The notes under the pieces are model-generated. The model was not told the origin of the DNA. It worked only from the letters and a program-made list of their open reading frames with translations, and made no database searches. Shown piece after piece: positions 33,401-46,073 of a DNA stretch of 64,000 bases (position 1 is its first letter; every line of letters starts with the position of its first letter). Where the stretch lies: NCBI GenBank assembly GCA_963788655.1, contig CAWBHS010000057.1, positions 64,001 through 128,000 on the forward strand, given 5' to 3'. This DNA comes from an uncultured Verrucomicrobiae bacterium (GTDB taxonomy: Bacteria > Verrucomicrobiota > Verrucomicrobiia > Limisphaerales > JAFGQR01). The position numbers and the translations under genes are program-made.

Positions 33401-35652
33401 TCTTCCTCGAACTGCCCGGCATCCAACCGGTCATGCAAATGCACATCGTCTTCAATTTGAAAGCGGTGGATGGTTCGCCAATCCAAAACTTCGTTCACAA
33501 TACCATTCATCATCTGGGACATAAACCCGGCCTGGAAATGCTCGGGACCGGCGCTTTGGCGAGCACGACTGGCGCCCAAATTACCCTGGCGCACGAAGCT
33601 CAGGGACTGATCCAGACGATCACCCGCCTGGACGAGCCGGCGCAAAGCGACATCCGCCACGCGCGACTGGCTGCTCTGTACGTTCCTGACGGCGCACCGC
33701 TGACACCGTTTCTTGACGCCGGAAGATGCCGCGTCCTTTGGTCCGGTTACCTAAAAATGGATCTCAATGACCATAGGGTTTTCGAGCCGGAAGGCGTGGG
33801 GACGTTGCGGCTGCGGATCAACGACCAACCAGTCCTGGACGTTCCCGAGGGGAAGCTGGACGGCCACGCCACGGCACCGGTTGCGTTGCGCAGTGGCCTC
33901 AACCGTTTCGAAATGACCTACCTCAGTCCGCGCGGCCGGGACGCCGAAGTGCGCCTCGCCTGGTCGTCCCCCGGGGTGCGCCGTGAACCGATTCCTTCGA
34001 CGGCGTTCGTTCACGATCCAACTCAACCAGCCTGGCGGGAAGCGCAATTGAAGCGCGAAGGCCGGTTGATACTTGCTTCCCGCCTTTGCTTGAAATGCCA
34101 CACGGATGGATCGCTTACCATGGTCACTTCCGAACCTGCCAACGCCATGCCCGAACTGAGCATGGACGCACCGGCGTTGGACGGAGTCGGCGACCGGCTT
34201 AAAGAAGCCTGGTTGTCAGAATGGCTCCGCAATCCAAGAGCATTTCGCACCGATTCGTTCATGCCGAAAATGTTGCACGGCTCTCCCGTTGAAATCACCA
34301 AGGATGCTCGTGACTTGGCAGCCTTCCTGGCTTCGCTCCAAAACGCTCCGCCGACCGCTAAGACCCCGGTCGCGGACATTACTTCGCCGACCTCGTTTGG
34401 AGCAGGCAAAAAGCTGTTTGCCGATTTGGGGTGCGTTGCTTGTCATCTGCTGCCGGGCGACCAACCGGTGGACAATGATCCCCGCCAATCCCTGGCGCAC
34501 GTCAAAGCCAAATGGCGTCTTCCGGCCTTGATGGCCTTTCTGCGCAATCCCACCCAGTATTACCGCTGGAACCGCATGCCGGATTTTCAACTGACCGAAA
34601 CCGAAGCCACGGTGCTGACCGCTTACATCCTTTCCCGAACCGAATCGGAGCCAACCGCGGATGCCGACCTCGCTCCCGCCGACGCCGAACACGGTCGTCA
34701 ACTGGCCATCAATTCCGGTTGCTTGAACTGCCATACGCTGAAGGGCGTGCAGAGCGAATTACCTGTGCCGACCTTGGTTGAACTCCAGCCCGGCAACTGG
34801 CGACAGGGTTGTTTGTCCGTTGATGCCTCAGTACAGTCGAAGGCTCCGGACTTCGGGTTCACCACCGAGCAGCGAAGCGCTTTGATCCAATTCGCGCAGA
34901 CGGGAATTCCCGCCGCGTTGCGGCGCACAGTGCCTTCCGAATTCACTGCCCGCGAGTATCGACAACTGCGGTGTAACGCCTGTCATTCCCGCGACGCCGA
35001 AAGCGATTTGTGGTCCAGTCTGAAACCGGAAAATGCGCTGGCCTTGGAAACCGTCGCCGCCAATCCCTTCGACAGCGATGATGAAGCCGAAGCGCCGTCA
35101 ACAGGCAGCGTTCACGTCGGACGGCCCAACTTGAGTTTTGCTGGAGAAAAACTATATGCCGATTGGATGAAACGATTCTTCACCGGCGTCTTGCCCTACA
35201 AACCGCGCTCAACGCTCCAAGGCCGCATGCCCGCGTTTCCGGCTTACGGGACAATGCTCGCGTATGGCCTGGCTCATCAGCACGGCTATTCCACCACCAC
35301 CCCTCCCCTGCCCTCTTTCGATCCCGCCCTAGCCGCAGCGGGCCAGCGCCTCACGCTGGTCAACGGCGGGTTCAGTTGCATCTCCTGCCACGATGTCGGC
35401 AGCCAGAAGGCACTCGCGGGTAAAGACACGGCTACGATTAATTTTGTCCACATCGCCGAGCGGCTCCGTCCGTCATACTACCGGCGCTACATTCGCGATC
35501 CGCAGCATCTCATTCCCGGCACCATGATGCCCACCTTCATCGGGGAAGACGGCACCACCCCCATCAAGTCCATTTTGGATGGCAATCCCGAACGACAGTT
35601 CACCGCGTTGTGGAATTACCTACTCTCGCTGCGGCAAGAAACAACGAATTAA
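30493..35652 (+). CDS. DUF6797-like/LamG/beta-propeller/PA14-like/multiheme cytochrome c protein; frameshifts at ~30716 and ~30925
   Basis: N-terminus PWLDMDYGPF..FDTDLLRY, LamG (ADGAWHHV), propeller (ATGLFQPLGL, HFHEF) and five CxxCH motifs. Confidence 0.8.
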
Positions 35653-35772
35653 GTGGCCGTGCGCCGTGCCGTTCGTGGTGTTGAAAATGGCTTTTCGACG
35701 ACTGGGCTGCAGAGTACTCCTCCCATCATGCTGGCCGGCCGCAACAACTCCAGAATACGCTTCGCCGAAATA

Positions 35773-35913
35773 GGGAGCACAGGCGCCCCGCCGGTTGGCC
35801 GGTGCGCCCCGCGCCGGCCGCGAAGGGAACGACGTTTTCGATCCGGGGCGGACGCCTGTCGGCGAAGTCAACGGCGAGGCGCCGTTGGCTGCGCCCGAGG
35901 CGGGCGCGCTCCC
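35773..35913. repeat. REP-like GC-rich inverted element
   Basis: Bounded by gggagcac.. and ..gcgcccgaggcgggcgcgctccc, with internal hairpins. Confidence 0.6.
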
Positions 35914-35950
35914 CTTGTTGCTACCTGCTTAAACGCGAAACGATTCCAGA

Positions 35951-37606
<1,656 letters not shown>

Positions 37607-37673
37607 CATCTGGAATTGTCCCGATCGGCTTTGGGTACTGTGACGGTTCAGTTGATCGCCACCGAACCTCCCG

Positions 37674-37876
37674 CAGCGCTTGGAGTGCGTCCGGCTTGCC
37701 GGGGCTTTCAGTGGGGAAGAAATTACCAAGCTATTGCTGATGCTGCTTTGCTCCGTGTGCCTGCTCTGACCAACGAAAGCGGGAGCAAGCTCCACGCACT
37801 CCAAGCGCTGGCGCGACCATCATAAGCGCCGGAATCTCCGCCAGGGCTTGGACTGCGCCAGCCCGCCAGCGCTTTC
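37674..37876. repeat. REP-like inverted repeat pair plus a partial third copy
   Basis: cagcgcttggagtgcgt (37674) and acgcactccaagcgctg (37794) form a perfect 17-bp inverted repeat; gcttggactgcg at ~37846 is a partial copy. Confidence 0.8.
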
Positions 37877-38074
37877 CCTTCACTCCGGGATGAGATTATG
37901 GTGTCGAGCGAGACTGACTTTGATCTCCATTTTTTCCAGAGAATTCCAGCATTGCTTTTTTGTTAGGAAATTGCCACAATTCAGCCCACGCAATAATCCA
38001 TGTAATCCCGGCTTTTCTTGGAGGCTGCTGTTTTCAAGGGGCTGTGGCGTCACGGCGTTGTAACAAATGTGCCT

Positions 38075-41000
38075 ATGAATGCAAAATACGTGCGAAAGGG
38101 GATCGTCTTCTTCGCCTCCATCAGCGTGCTCTTGGGAACCCAAATCGGCCACGGACAAACCGTTGGCATCTACCGCGAGCTATGGTCGGGATTGAGTACC
38201 AGCGACACCAGTTTGAACGCACTGACCAATCCCGCCGTCAATGCGAACTGGCCGGCTCAACCCAATGCCACCTACAGCAAGGTGTTCACAGTATTCGAGA
38301 CGGAAACGAACCTCATGGATGGTTACGGCGAACGGTTGCGGGCCTTCATCGTGCCCCCGACCAACGGGCAGTATGTCTTTTGGATTGCTACCGACGATAG
38401 CGGATTGTTGTTGCTCAGTCAGGACGAACGCCCGGAACACGCCGAAGCCATCGCCTGGGTCAGCGGGTACGCCGGCGTCCGGGAATGGGGCAAAGAAGGC
38501 AACCAGCAATCCGATCTGATCTATCTCGTCGGCGGGCGGCGGTATTACCTCGAAGCCTTAATGAAAGAAGGCGGCGGCGGCGACAATCTGGCGGTGCGAT
38601 GGCAATTGCCAAATGGCGTGATCGAAGAACCCATCAGCGCCTCCACCGCCAATGGAACCTACTTGATTCCGTTTCGAGGGGTGGACGCTCCGCCCGGCAT
38701 CTTCCGGCAACCGGCCAAGGTATCTGGCCTCGAAGGTGGCACCGCCACCTTTTCGCTGCTGGTGACCAATCAAGGAGTGGTGGCGTACCAGTGGCAGGTC
38801 GATGGCAATGATATCGAGGATCCGTGGGCTCTATTCTCGGGGCTCACGATTACGAACCTGAACTACAACCTGCACCACGGCCGGCAGTATCGCTGCATCG
38901 TCTCGAATGCCCTCGGCCTCACGATCAGCGATGCCGCGTTGTTGGAAGTGATTCCCGACACGACGCCGCCAATGATCGTCTCGGCGATGAATGCTTTAAC
39001 CACCAATGTCGTGGTCCGGTTCTCGGAACCGCTGAATGCCCTGAGCGCCGTCGATGTCGAGAACTATGCGTTCGATGGCGGAGTGATGGTCATGAGCGCC
39101 CTGCTGCTGGATGATTCGACGATGCTGCTCAACGTTTCCCCGCTGAGTTTCGGCACGGAATACACCCTGACGGTCAATGGCGTGCGCGACCGGGCAGCGG
39201 CGAGAAACCTGATTGCTACCGATTCACAGGTCAGTTTCACCGCGTTCGTCTTTGCGCCACAGGACGTGGGATCCCCGGAGCCAGCGGGTTCATCAACCAA
39301 TCTGGACGGCGGCTTTGATCTGGCCGGCGGCGGGCTGGGCATCGGAGGCAGCGCCGATCAATTCCAATTCAACTACCAGTTGCGCGTGGATGATTTTGAT
39401 GTCCGGGTGCGGGTGCAATCGCTGAGCGACCTGGACGCCTGGACGAAAGCCGGCTTGATGGCCCGTGAATCGTTGGACGGCGGCAGTCGCTTTGCCGGAG
39501 TATTCGCCACGCCGGCGCTGGCGGGGACTTTCTTCGAATCGCGAACGGCCACCAGCAATGCGACCACCATTTCGCAATCGTTTCCAGTCAGTTATCCCGA
39601 CATGTGGTTGCGGTTGCAGCGCGTGGGCGACCAGTTCACCGGTTACGCCGGGATGGATGGCACGAACTGGGTGCAACTCGGCTTGGTGACGCTGCCAGTG
39701 CGCCCAGTGTATCTGGGCGTGGCCGTGACGAGCCGCAACACCAATCAAACAGCCCAAGCGGAATTGCGGGAATTCTCGCCAGTCACGGAAGCCTCGGTGG
39801 GCGAATTGACTTATCGGGGCGAGCCGTTGGGACCATCGAGCCGGCGAACACCCCTGGTCATTTCGGAGATCATGTATCATCCCCGCCACCCTGCGGGCGT
39901 ACCGGGCAGCCTTGAATTCATCGAACTGTACAATCCGCAAGCCTGGGACGAAGACTTGAGCGGTCACCGCCTTTCGGGCGCAGTTGATTACGCCTTTCCC
40001 TCGGGAACGGTCATCAAGCCCGGACATTTTCTGGTTGTGGCGCGCGCGCCGGGAACAGTGCAAAACTACTATGGGATTACCGGTGTGCTCGGCCCGTGGA
40101 TAGGCAGCGAAACGAACAGTCTGCCCGGCGGGGAAGGGACAGTGCGGTTGCGCAATCCGGCTGGAGCAGTGTTGTTGGAAGTGCAATATCGCGGTGGCAA
40201 TCCCTGGCCCATCGCGGCGGACGGCGCCGGCCATTCGTTGGTGCTGTGGCGTCCGTCTTTCGGCGAAAACAATCCGCTCGCCTGGACGGCCAGTTACTGG
40301 AAAGACGGGTCGCCGGGGAAAGCTGAACCGTTTGCTCACGATGCCTTGGAATCCGTGTTCATCAATGAATTCCTGGCGAACTCGGAAGCGCCGCTCGAGG
40401 ACTATCTCGAGTTGTATAACCACAGCAATGACCCGGTCGATTTGTCCGGCGCCTACTTGAGCGACGAGGCGGATACCAACAAGTTCCAAATTCCCAGCGG
40501 CACCGTCTTGCCGCCGCGCGGTTTCCTGAGCTTCGGCGAGAGCACGCTGGGCTTTGCGTTGCGCGCGACGGGAGAACGAATCTTCCTGGTGAATCGTGAC
40601 GACACCCGGGTGGTGGACACCATCGATTTTGCCGGACAAGCGAACGGCGTTTCGTCCGGGCGAGCGCCGGATGGTTCGCCGGACCTTTGTGAACTGGCAG
40701 CCCGCACTCCCGGCGCGCCCAACGGTTCACCGTTGCCACGGGACATTGTGATCAACGAAATCATGTACAGCCCGATTTCCGGCGACGCCGATGACGAATA
40801 CCTCGAGTTATACAACCGCGGTGCGCAGCCGGTCGATGTGAGCTTGTGGCAGTTTGTCGATGGCGTGAGCTTCACCATTCCCAACCAGACACTGATGCCG
40901 CCGGGCGGGTATTTGGTCGTGGCCCGCAATCGGACCAACCTGCTGGCGCACTATCCCGGCGTGCTCACGGACGCCAACACGGTTGGCAATTATTCCGGTT

Positions 41001-44000
41001 CGCTGGCCAACGGCGGCGAACGGCTGGCGTTGGCCATGCCGGAATACACGGTGACCACCGACCCCAACACGTATGCGGTCACCATCGACACCAATTATGT
41101 CGTCGTCAACGAAGTGACCTACGGCGACGGCGGTCGCTGGGGAACGTGGTCCGATGGGGGCGGCAGCAGTCTCGAACTCAAGGATCCGCGCAGTGACAAT
41201 CGGCGCGCAGCCAACTGGGCGGACAGCGACGAATTGGCGAAGAGCGAAGGATTGTGGACCACCATTGATTACACGAACACGCTGGGCGAAACCCTCGGCA
41301 GCCCCATCAACGATAAGCTCCAAGTCTATCTCCTCGACGTGGGCGAATGTCTGGTGGACAACCTCGAAGTGCGCAATTCCAACGGCACCGACGTCAATTC
41401 GCTCGGCGCCAATGGCACCTTTGAATCCGGCCAATCCGGCTGGACGTTTCTCGGTTCCCACGACATGAGCACGGTTGACAACGTGGGCTTCAGCAGTTCG
41501 CATTCGCTGCACTTGCGCGCGGCTTCCCGCGGTGACAACGGACCCAACATGCTGCTTTCTCCCGCCTTAAGCTCCGCTACCGTCGGCCAGGTGGCACTGC
41601 GGGCCAAAGCCCGGTGGTTGCGTGGTTGGCCGGAATTGTTGTTGCGTGTTCGTGGCGGCGGTATCGAAGTATCCACGCGTTTACAGGTACCGCCCAATTT
41701 GGGCAGTCCCGGTTTGGCCAACAGCCGTCGCATTGCTAACGCCGGACCGGCGATTTGGGACGTGGTTCACAGTCCGATCCTGCCCGCCGCCAGTGAAGCG
41801 GTGGTAGTCACGGCGCGGGCCATCGATCCGGACGGCATCGCTTCCATGCGAGTGCGCTACCGGCTGGATCCCAGCACCACGTTTGCCACAGCCAACATGA
41901 TGGACGACGGCACTGGTGGCGACGCGGTCGCGGGCGACGGCGTGTTCAGCGCCACCCTGCCGGGCCAGAGTTCGGGCGCGACGGTTGCGTTCTACCTGGA
42001 AGGTGTCGATAGCCTGAATGCGACCAATCTGTTCCCACAGGTCGTCTTCCCCACGGGCGGTACCCCTCGGCTGTTCCCGCTGGACGCCACGTCGAAGGAA
42101 TGCCTGATTCGCTGGGGTGAGGTGCAAAAGCCCGGCAGTTTTGCCACGTATCATGAATGGGTCTCTGCGGGCAATTTCAATCGCTGGGACACCCGCGCGC
42201 CTGCGCTGAACAACGCCTTTGTCGATTGCACGTTCGTCTATAACAACTACCGGGTCATTTACAATGCGCAGGCCCGCTATGCGGGCAGTCCGTGGCATCG
42301 CGGGCAAATGGATTCGCCCACCGCCGCCAACCGCGTGGATTTTGATTTTCACACGCGCGAGGATGATCTGTTGCTGGGGGAGACGGACTTTGTGTTTGCC
42401 AATCCGGGCAATCCCAGTGGCACTACGTTCAGCGACCTCAGTCTCCAGTCAGAACAAACGTCGTACCTGATATTTAAAGCCATTGGTCTGCCATACAACT
42501 ACCGCCGCTACATCCACTTCTTTTTGAATGGCAGCCAACGCAGCACCACCTCGGACCGCACCGGCGACATGTTGATGGAGGACGCCCAACAGCCTAACGG
42601 CAGCGTGGTGTCGGAATGGTACCCAGACAGCCCGAACAATGAATTCTTCAAAATAGAAGACTGGTTCGAGTTCCCGGACAACGGCTTCGATTTTACCGCC
42701 AACAACGATGCCGATATAACCCGCCGCACCGTGACCTACAACAACCAGACCAGCCTGACCACCGCGCCCTACCGTTACATGTTCCGACACCGGTCAGTGG
42801 GCACCGGCCACTCCGCAAGCGACTATTCCCAATTCTTCCGGTTGGTGGACGCGGCCAGTCCGCAAGCGAGTCCCAACGTGACCCCGGTTGATGTGAGTGC
42901 CCTGGAGACGGTCGCGAACGTCGAACAATGGATGCGCATCTTTGCCTGCCAACACACCGTGGGCAACTGGGATTCCTACGGCTACCGCCGCGGCAAGAAT
43001 TCGTACATGTATCTGAACGGTGATGGCCGTTACGAAATCTTGACCTGGGACATTGACTTTACAGTGGGTCTTGGCGGTGACGGTACCACTCAATCGTTCA
43101 TCACCTATTCGACTGCACCCGATGTGAATGTCTGCACCGACCCGCGCATCATTGCCATGTGGGACGCGCCCGCCATTCGGCGCATGTACTTTCGCGCCTT
43201 CAAAGACATCATCGACGGCCCGCTCAACGCTTCGTATCTGAATCCGATCCTGGACGCCAAGGCGGCCGCCTTCACCATGAACAACATCACCTACGATGCC
43301 GGCCAGTTGAATACCATCAAGAGCTACATAACCGGACGTAACAGTTACATCGCCGGCCAAATCCCCAGGGCCGACTTTACGGTCGCCGGCAGCGAAGTGT
43401 TTACCAACGCCAGCAACCTCGTCACCCTGACGGGCACGGCGCCGGTTGCGGCCAAGTTCATCGGGGTGAATGGCCAGCGGTATCCCGTGACCTGGACCAC
43501 CGCGGTGGGTTGGCAGTTGCAGGCGGTCCTCGAACCGGGCACCAATGTGTTGAACCTCCAGGGTTACGACCGGACTGGTCAAGCCCTCACGTCTGCGGTG
43601 GCAACGGTGACGGTCGTTTACGAAGGGCCAATGGAAAACCCGGAAGACCTCATGGTGATCAGCGAGATTCTTTACCACCCGGCAACACCCGGAACGTCCT
43701 TTGTGGAGCTTTACAATAGCGCCCCCAGTCAAGCTTTCGATCTGTCGGGATGGCGGCTCAACGGGGCGGACTTCACATTTCCGGACGGAACCGTGCTTCC
43801 CGCGGGGCAATACTGCGTGGTAGTCGCGGACCGTGCAGCGTTCGCGCTGGCCTTCGGTAATGATGCGCCCATTGTCGGGGTATTTGCCGGGCAATTGGAC
43901 AACGGCGGAGAAACGCTCGCGTTGGTCATTCCGGGCACTGCCGGTCAATCGGATGTCATCGTGGACCAGGTCCGTTATGACGACGAGTCGCCCTGGCCTG

Positions 44001-45991
44001 CCGCCGCCGATGGCAATGGTCCGTCCCTCCAACTCCTCGACCCCCACCAGGACCGGCGGCGGGTCAGCAATTGGTCGGAGGACAAAGGCTGGCGGCACGC
44101 GGTGCTGACGGGAGTGCCACGAGCGGGCCGACTGTCGTTCTTCCTGGAATCAGCCGGGGAGCTTTACCTGGACAACATCGAGGTGGTGGAAGGCGACGTG
44201 GCTGGCGTAGGTGACAATCTGGTCCAGAACGGCGGCTTCGAGGAACCACTAGGCACCGTATGGCGCAAGCTGGGCAACCATTCCATGTCTGACGTGAGCA
44301 GCGACGTGGCTTCGGAAGGAACCGGGAGCTTGCACATCATCGCCTCCGATTCCGGCAACGCATTCTTTAATGTATACCAAGTAATTTCCAGCATCGCGCA
44401 AAACTCCACCAACACCTACACGTTGAGTTTCGAGTATCTCACGACAACCAATGCCAGCCGCTTGGCGGTGCGCTTCGGCAGCGGGATCAGCGCCAGCCTG
44501 GTCGTGCAGCCGATCGATGCCACGCCCGGCGAATCGAATACGGTCGGACGGCAACTGCCGCCGTATGATCCGCTCTGGCTTAACGAGGTTCAGCCGGAAA
44601 ACGATACCGGCCTCACCGACGGCCACGGTGACGCGGAGCCGTGGATTGAACTCTACAACGCCGGCCCGGAGCCGCTGGATCTGAGCGGCTACTACCTGGC
44701 CAACAATTACACCAACCTGACCCAGTGGCCGTTCCCGGTCGGAACCATCATTGCCCCCAACGAATTCAAGATCGTCTGGGCCGACGGCGAACCGGACCAG
44801 ACCATCGGCACTGCGGAATTGCATACGAGCTTCGCATTGCCACCAGGGAACGGTGAAGTGGCACTGGTGCGATTGGTGCGAGACGAGCCGCAGATTACCG
44901 ACTATTTGAGTTACTCCGGTTTGGAACCTGGCTGGTCGTACGGAGATTATCCCGACGGCCAACCGCTCCGGCGCGAGAAGTTTTCAGCCGTGTCGCCGGG
45001 CGAAAATAATACCCCTTCCGTCGCGCCCGTATTCATCAATGAATGGATGGCCAGCAATAGTGGGTCCCTGCGTGATCCGGCGGACGATGATGCCGACGAT
45101 TGGCTCGAACTGTATAATCCGAACTCTTTCCCCGTGGACCTGAGCGGGTACTACTTGAGCGACAATTTGAACAATCCCACCAAGTTCCGGATCCCAGCGG
45201 GCACGGTGATTTCCGCCCAAGACTTCCTGCTGTTCTGGGCCGATGAGGAAGGCGGCCAAAACGGAGCGAACCATGAAGTTCACACCAACTTCAAACTCAG
45301 TGCCGACGGCGAAGAATTGGGATTGTACTCGCCGGCACGCTTGCCCGTCGATGCGGTCACGTTCGGTCAGCAATTCAATAATGTCAGCATGGGCCGTTAC
45401 CCAAATGGAACGAGCAACCTGGTCTATATGCCTAGCCCAACCCCCCGCATCAGTAATGTGCTGCAACCGCCGAACAGCGCTCCGGTGCTGGCTGCCATCG
45501 GCGACCAACAAATCAGGCCGGGACAAACGCTTAGTTTCCAAGCGGCGGCCAGCGATCCTGACGTGCCCACCCAAGGATTGCTCTACAGTATCGATCCGGG
45601 TGCGCCATTGGGAGCGAGCATCCATCCTTACAGCGGTCGGTTCGTCTGGAGTCCGCCCGCGGGAGAAGCGCCCAGCCAGTATTGGGTAACCTTGCGCGTG
45701 ACCGATACCGGAAACCCGCCGATGCAAGACAGCGCGAGCTTTTATCTCACCGTCATCCAACCGCCGGTGATGGACGGCCTCGCCCTGAGTTATGACAGCT
45801 TTGAATTCCGATTCTCGACCGCGCCGGGTAAAACCTATCGGGTGGAATCCACAGATTCGTTGGCACCGCCCGTTCAATGGCGGCCGCTGCGAGGCGCGGA
45901 ATCGATCAATGCCGCCGGTAACAGCATCACCGTCCGACACAGCCTGGACAACACCGCGCATCGATTCTATCGCGTGATCATGCTGGAATGA
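38075..45991 (+). CDS. Giant secreted PA14/Ig/LTD/CotH protein (gene E, ~2,638 aa), intact
   Basis: Signal peptide, PA14 (ATDD, KEGGGGDN), six LTD-like repeats, CotH (NWDSYG..KNSY..TWDID) and a cadherin-like Ig; ends HRFYRVIMLE. Confidence 0.92.
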   Translation: MNAKYVRKGIVFFASISVLLGTQIGHGQTVGIYRELWSGLSTSDTSLNALTNPAVNANWPAQPNATYSKVFTVFETETNLMDGYGERLRAFIVPPTNGQYVFWIATDDSGLLLLSQDERPEHAEAIAWVSGYAGVREWGKEGNQQSDLIYLVGGRRYYLEALMKEGGGGDNLAVRWQLPNGVIEEPISASTANGTYLIPFRGVDAPPGIFRQPAKVSGLEGGTATFSLLVTNQGVVAYQWQVDGNDIEDPWALFSGLTITNLNYNLHHGRQYRCIVSNALGLTISDAALLEVIPDTTPPMIVSAMNALTTNVVVRFSEPLNALSAVDVENYAFDGGVMVMSALLLDDSTMLLNVSPLSFGTEYTLTVNGVRDRAAARNLIATDSQVSFTAFVFAPQDVGSPEPAGSSTNLDGGFDLAGGGLGIGGSADQFQFNYQLRVDDFDVRVRVQSLSDLDAWTKAGLMARESLDGGSRFAGVFATPALAGTFFESRTATSNATTISQSFPVSYPDMWLRLQRVGDQFTGYAGMDGTNWVQLGLVTLPVRPVYLGVAVTSRNTNQTAQAELREFSPVTEASVGELTYRGEPLGPSSRRTPLVISEIMYHPRHPAGVPGSLEFIELYNPQAWDEDLSGHRLSGAVDYAFPSGTVIKPGHFLVVARAPGTVQNYYGITGVLGPWIGSETNSLPGGEGTVRLRNPAGAVLLEVQYRGGNPWPIAADGAGHSLVLWRPSFGENNPLAWTASYWKDGSPGKAEPFAHDALESVFINEFLANSEAPLEDYLELYNHSNDPVDLSGAYLSDEADTNKFQIPSGTVLPPRGFLSFGESTLGFALRATGERIFLVNRDDTRVVDTIDFAGQANGVSSGRAPDGSPDLCELAARTPGAPNGSPLPRDIVINEIMYSPISGDADDEYLELYNRGAQPVDVSLWQFVDGVSFTIPNQTLMPPGGYLVVARNRTNLLAHYPGVLTDANTVGNYSGSLANGGERLALAMPEYTVTTDPNTYAVTIDTNYVVVNEVTYGDGGRWGTWSDGGGSSLELKDPRSDNRRAANWADSDELAKSEGLWTTIDYTNTLGETLGSPINDKLQVYLLDVGECLVDNLEVRNSNGTDVNSLGANGTFESGQSGWTFLGSHDMSTVDNVGFSSSHSLHLRAASRGDNGPNMLLSPALSSATVGQVALRAKARWLRGWPELLLRVRGGGIEVSTRLQVPPNLGSPGLANSRRIANAGPAIWDVVHSPILPAASEAVVVTARAIDPDGIASMRVRYRLDPSTTFATANMMDDGTGGDAVAGDGVFSATLPGQSSGATVAFYLEGVDSLNATNLFPQVVFPTGGTPRLFPLDATSKECLIRWGEVQKPGSFATYHEWVSAGNFNRWDTRAPALNNAFVDCTFVYNNYRVIYNAQARYAGSPWHRGQMDSPTAANRVDFDFHTREDDLLLGETDFVFANPGNPSGTTFSDLSLQSEQTSYLIFKAIGLPYNYRRYIHFFLNGSQRSTTSDRTGDMLMEDAQQPNGSVVSEWYPDSPNNEFFKIEDWFEFPDNGFDFTANNDADITRRTVTYNNQTSLTTAPYRYMFRHRSVGTGHSASDYSQFFRLVDAASPQASPNVTPVDVSALETVANVEQWMRIFACQHTVGNWDSYGYRRGKNSYMYLNGDGRYEILTWDIDFTVGLGGDGTTQSFITYSTAPDVNVCTDPRIIAMWDAPAIRRMYFRAFKDIIDGPLNASYLNPILDAKAAAFTMNNITYDAGQLNTIKSYITGRNSYIAGQIPRADFTVAGSEVFTNASNLVTLTGTAPVAAKFIGVNGQRYPVTWTTAVGWQLQAVLEPGTNVLNLQGYDRTGQALTSAVATVTVVYEGPMENPEDLMVISEILYHPATPGTSFVELYNSAPSQAFDLSGWRLNGADFTFPDGTVLPAGQYCVVVADRAAFALAFGNDAPIVGVFAGQLDNGGETLALVIPGTAGQSDVIVDQVRYDDESPWPAAADGNGPSLQLLDPHQDRRRVSNWSEDKGWRHAVLTGVPRAGRLSFFLESAGELYLDNIEVVEGDVAGVGDNLVQNGGFEEPLGTVWRKLGNHSMSDVSSDVASEGTGSLHIIASDSGNAFFNVYQVISSIAQNSTNTYTLSFEYLTTTNASRLAVRFGSGISASLVVQPIDATPGESNTVGRQLPPYDPLWLNEVQPENDTGLTDGHGDAEPWIELYNAGPEPLDLSGYYLANNYTNLTQWPFPVGTIIAPNEFKIVWADGEPDQTIGTAELHTSFALPPGNGEVALVRLVRDEPQITDYLSYSGLEPGWSYGDYPDGQPLRREKFSAVSPGENNTPSVAPVFINEWMASNSGSLRDPADDDADDWLELYNPNSFPVDLSGYYLSDNLNNPTKFRIPAGTVISAQDFLLFWADEEGGQNGANHEVHTNFKLSADGEELGLYSPARLPVDAVTFGQQFNNVSMGRYPNGTSNLVYMPSPTPRISNVLQPPNSAPVLAAIGDQQIRPGQTLSFQAAASDPDVPTQGLLYSIDPGAPLGASIHPYSGRFVWSPPAGEAPSQYWVTLRVTDTGNPPMQDSASFYLTVIQPPVMDGLALSYDSFEFRFSTAPGKTYRVESTDSLAPPVQWRPLRGAESINAAGNSITVRHSLDNTAHRFYRVIMLE

Positions 45992-46073
45992 AAGCCAGGT
46001 AGCCAGTTGCCAGGCTGACGCCTGCCGGCTTGTGCCTTGCGCTTTCAATGCGGCCCTGTAACACTTGGGCGCG

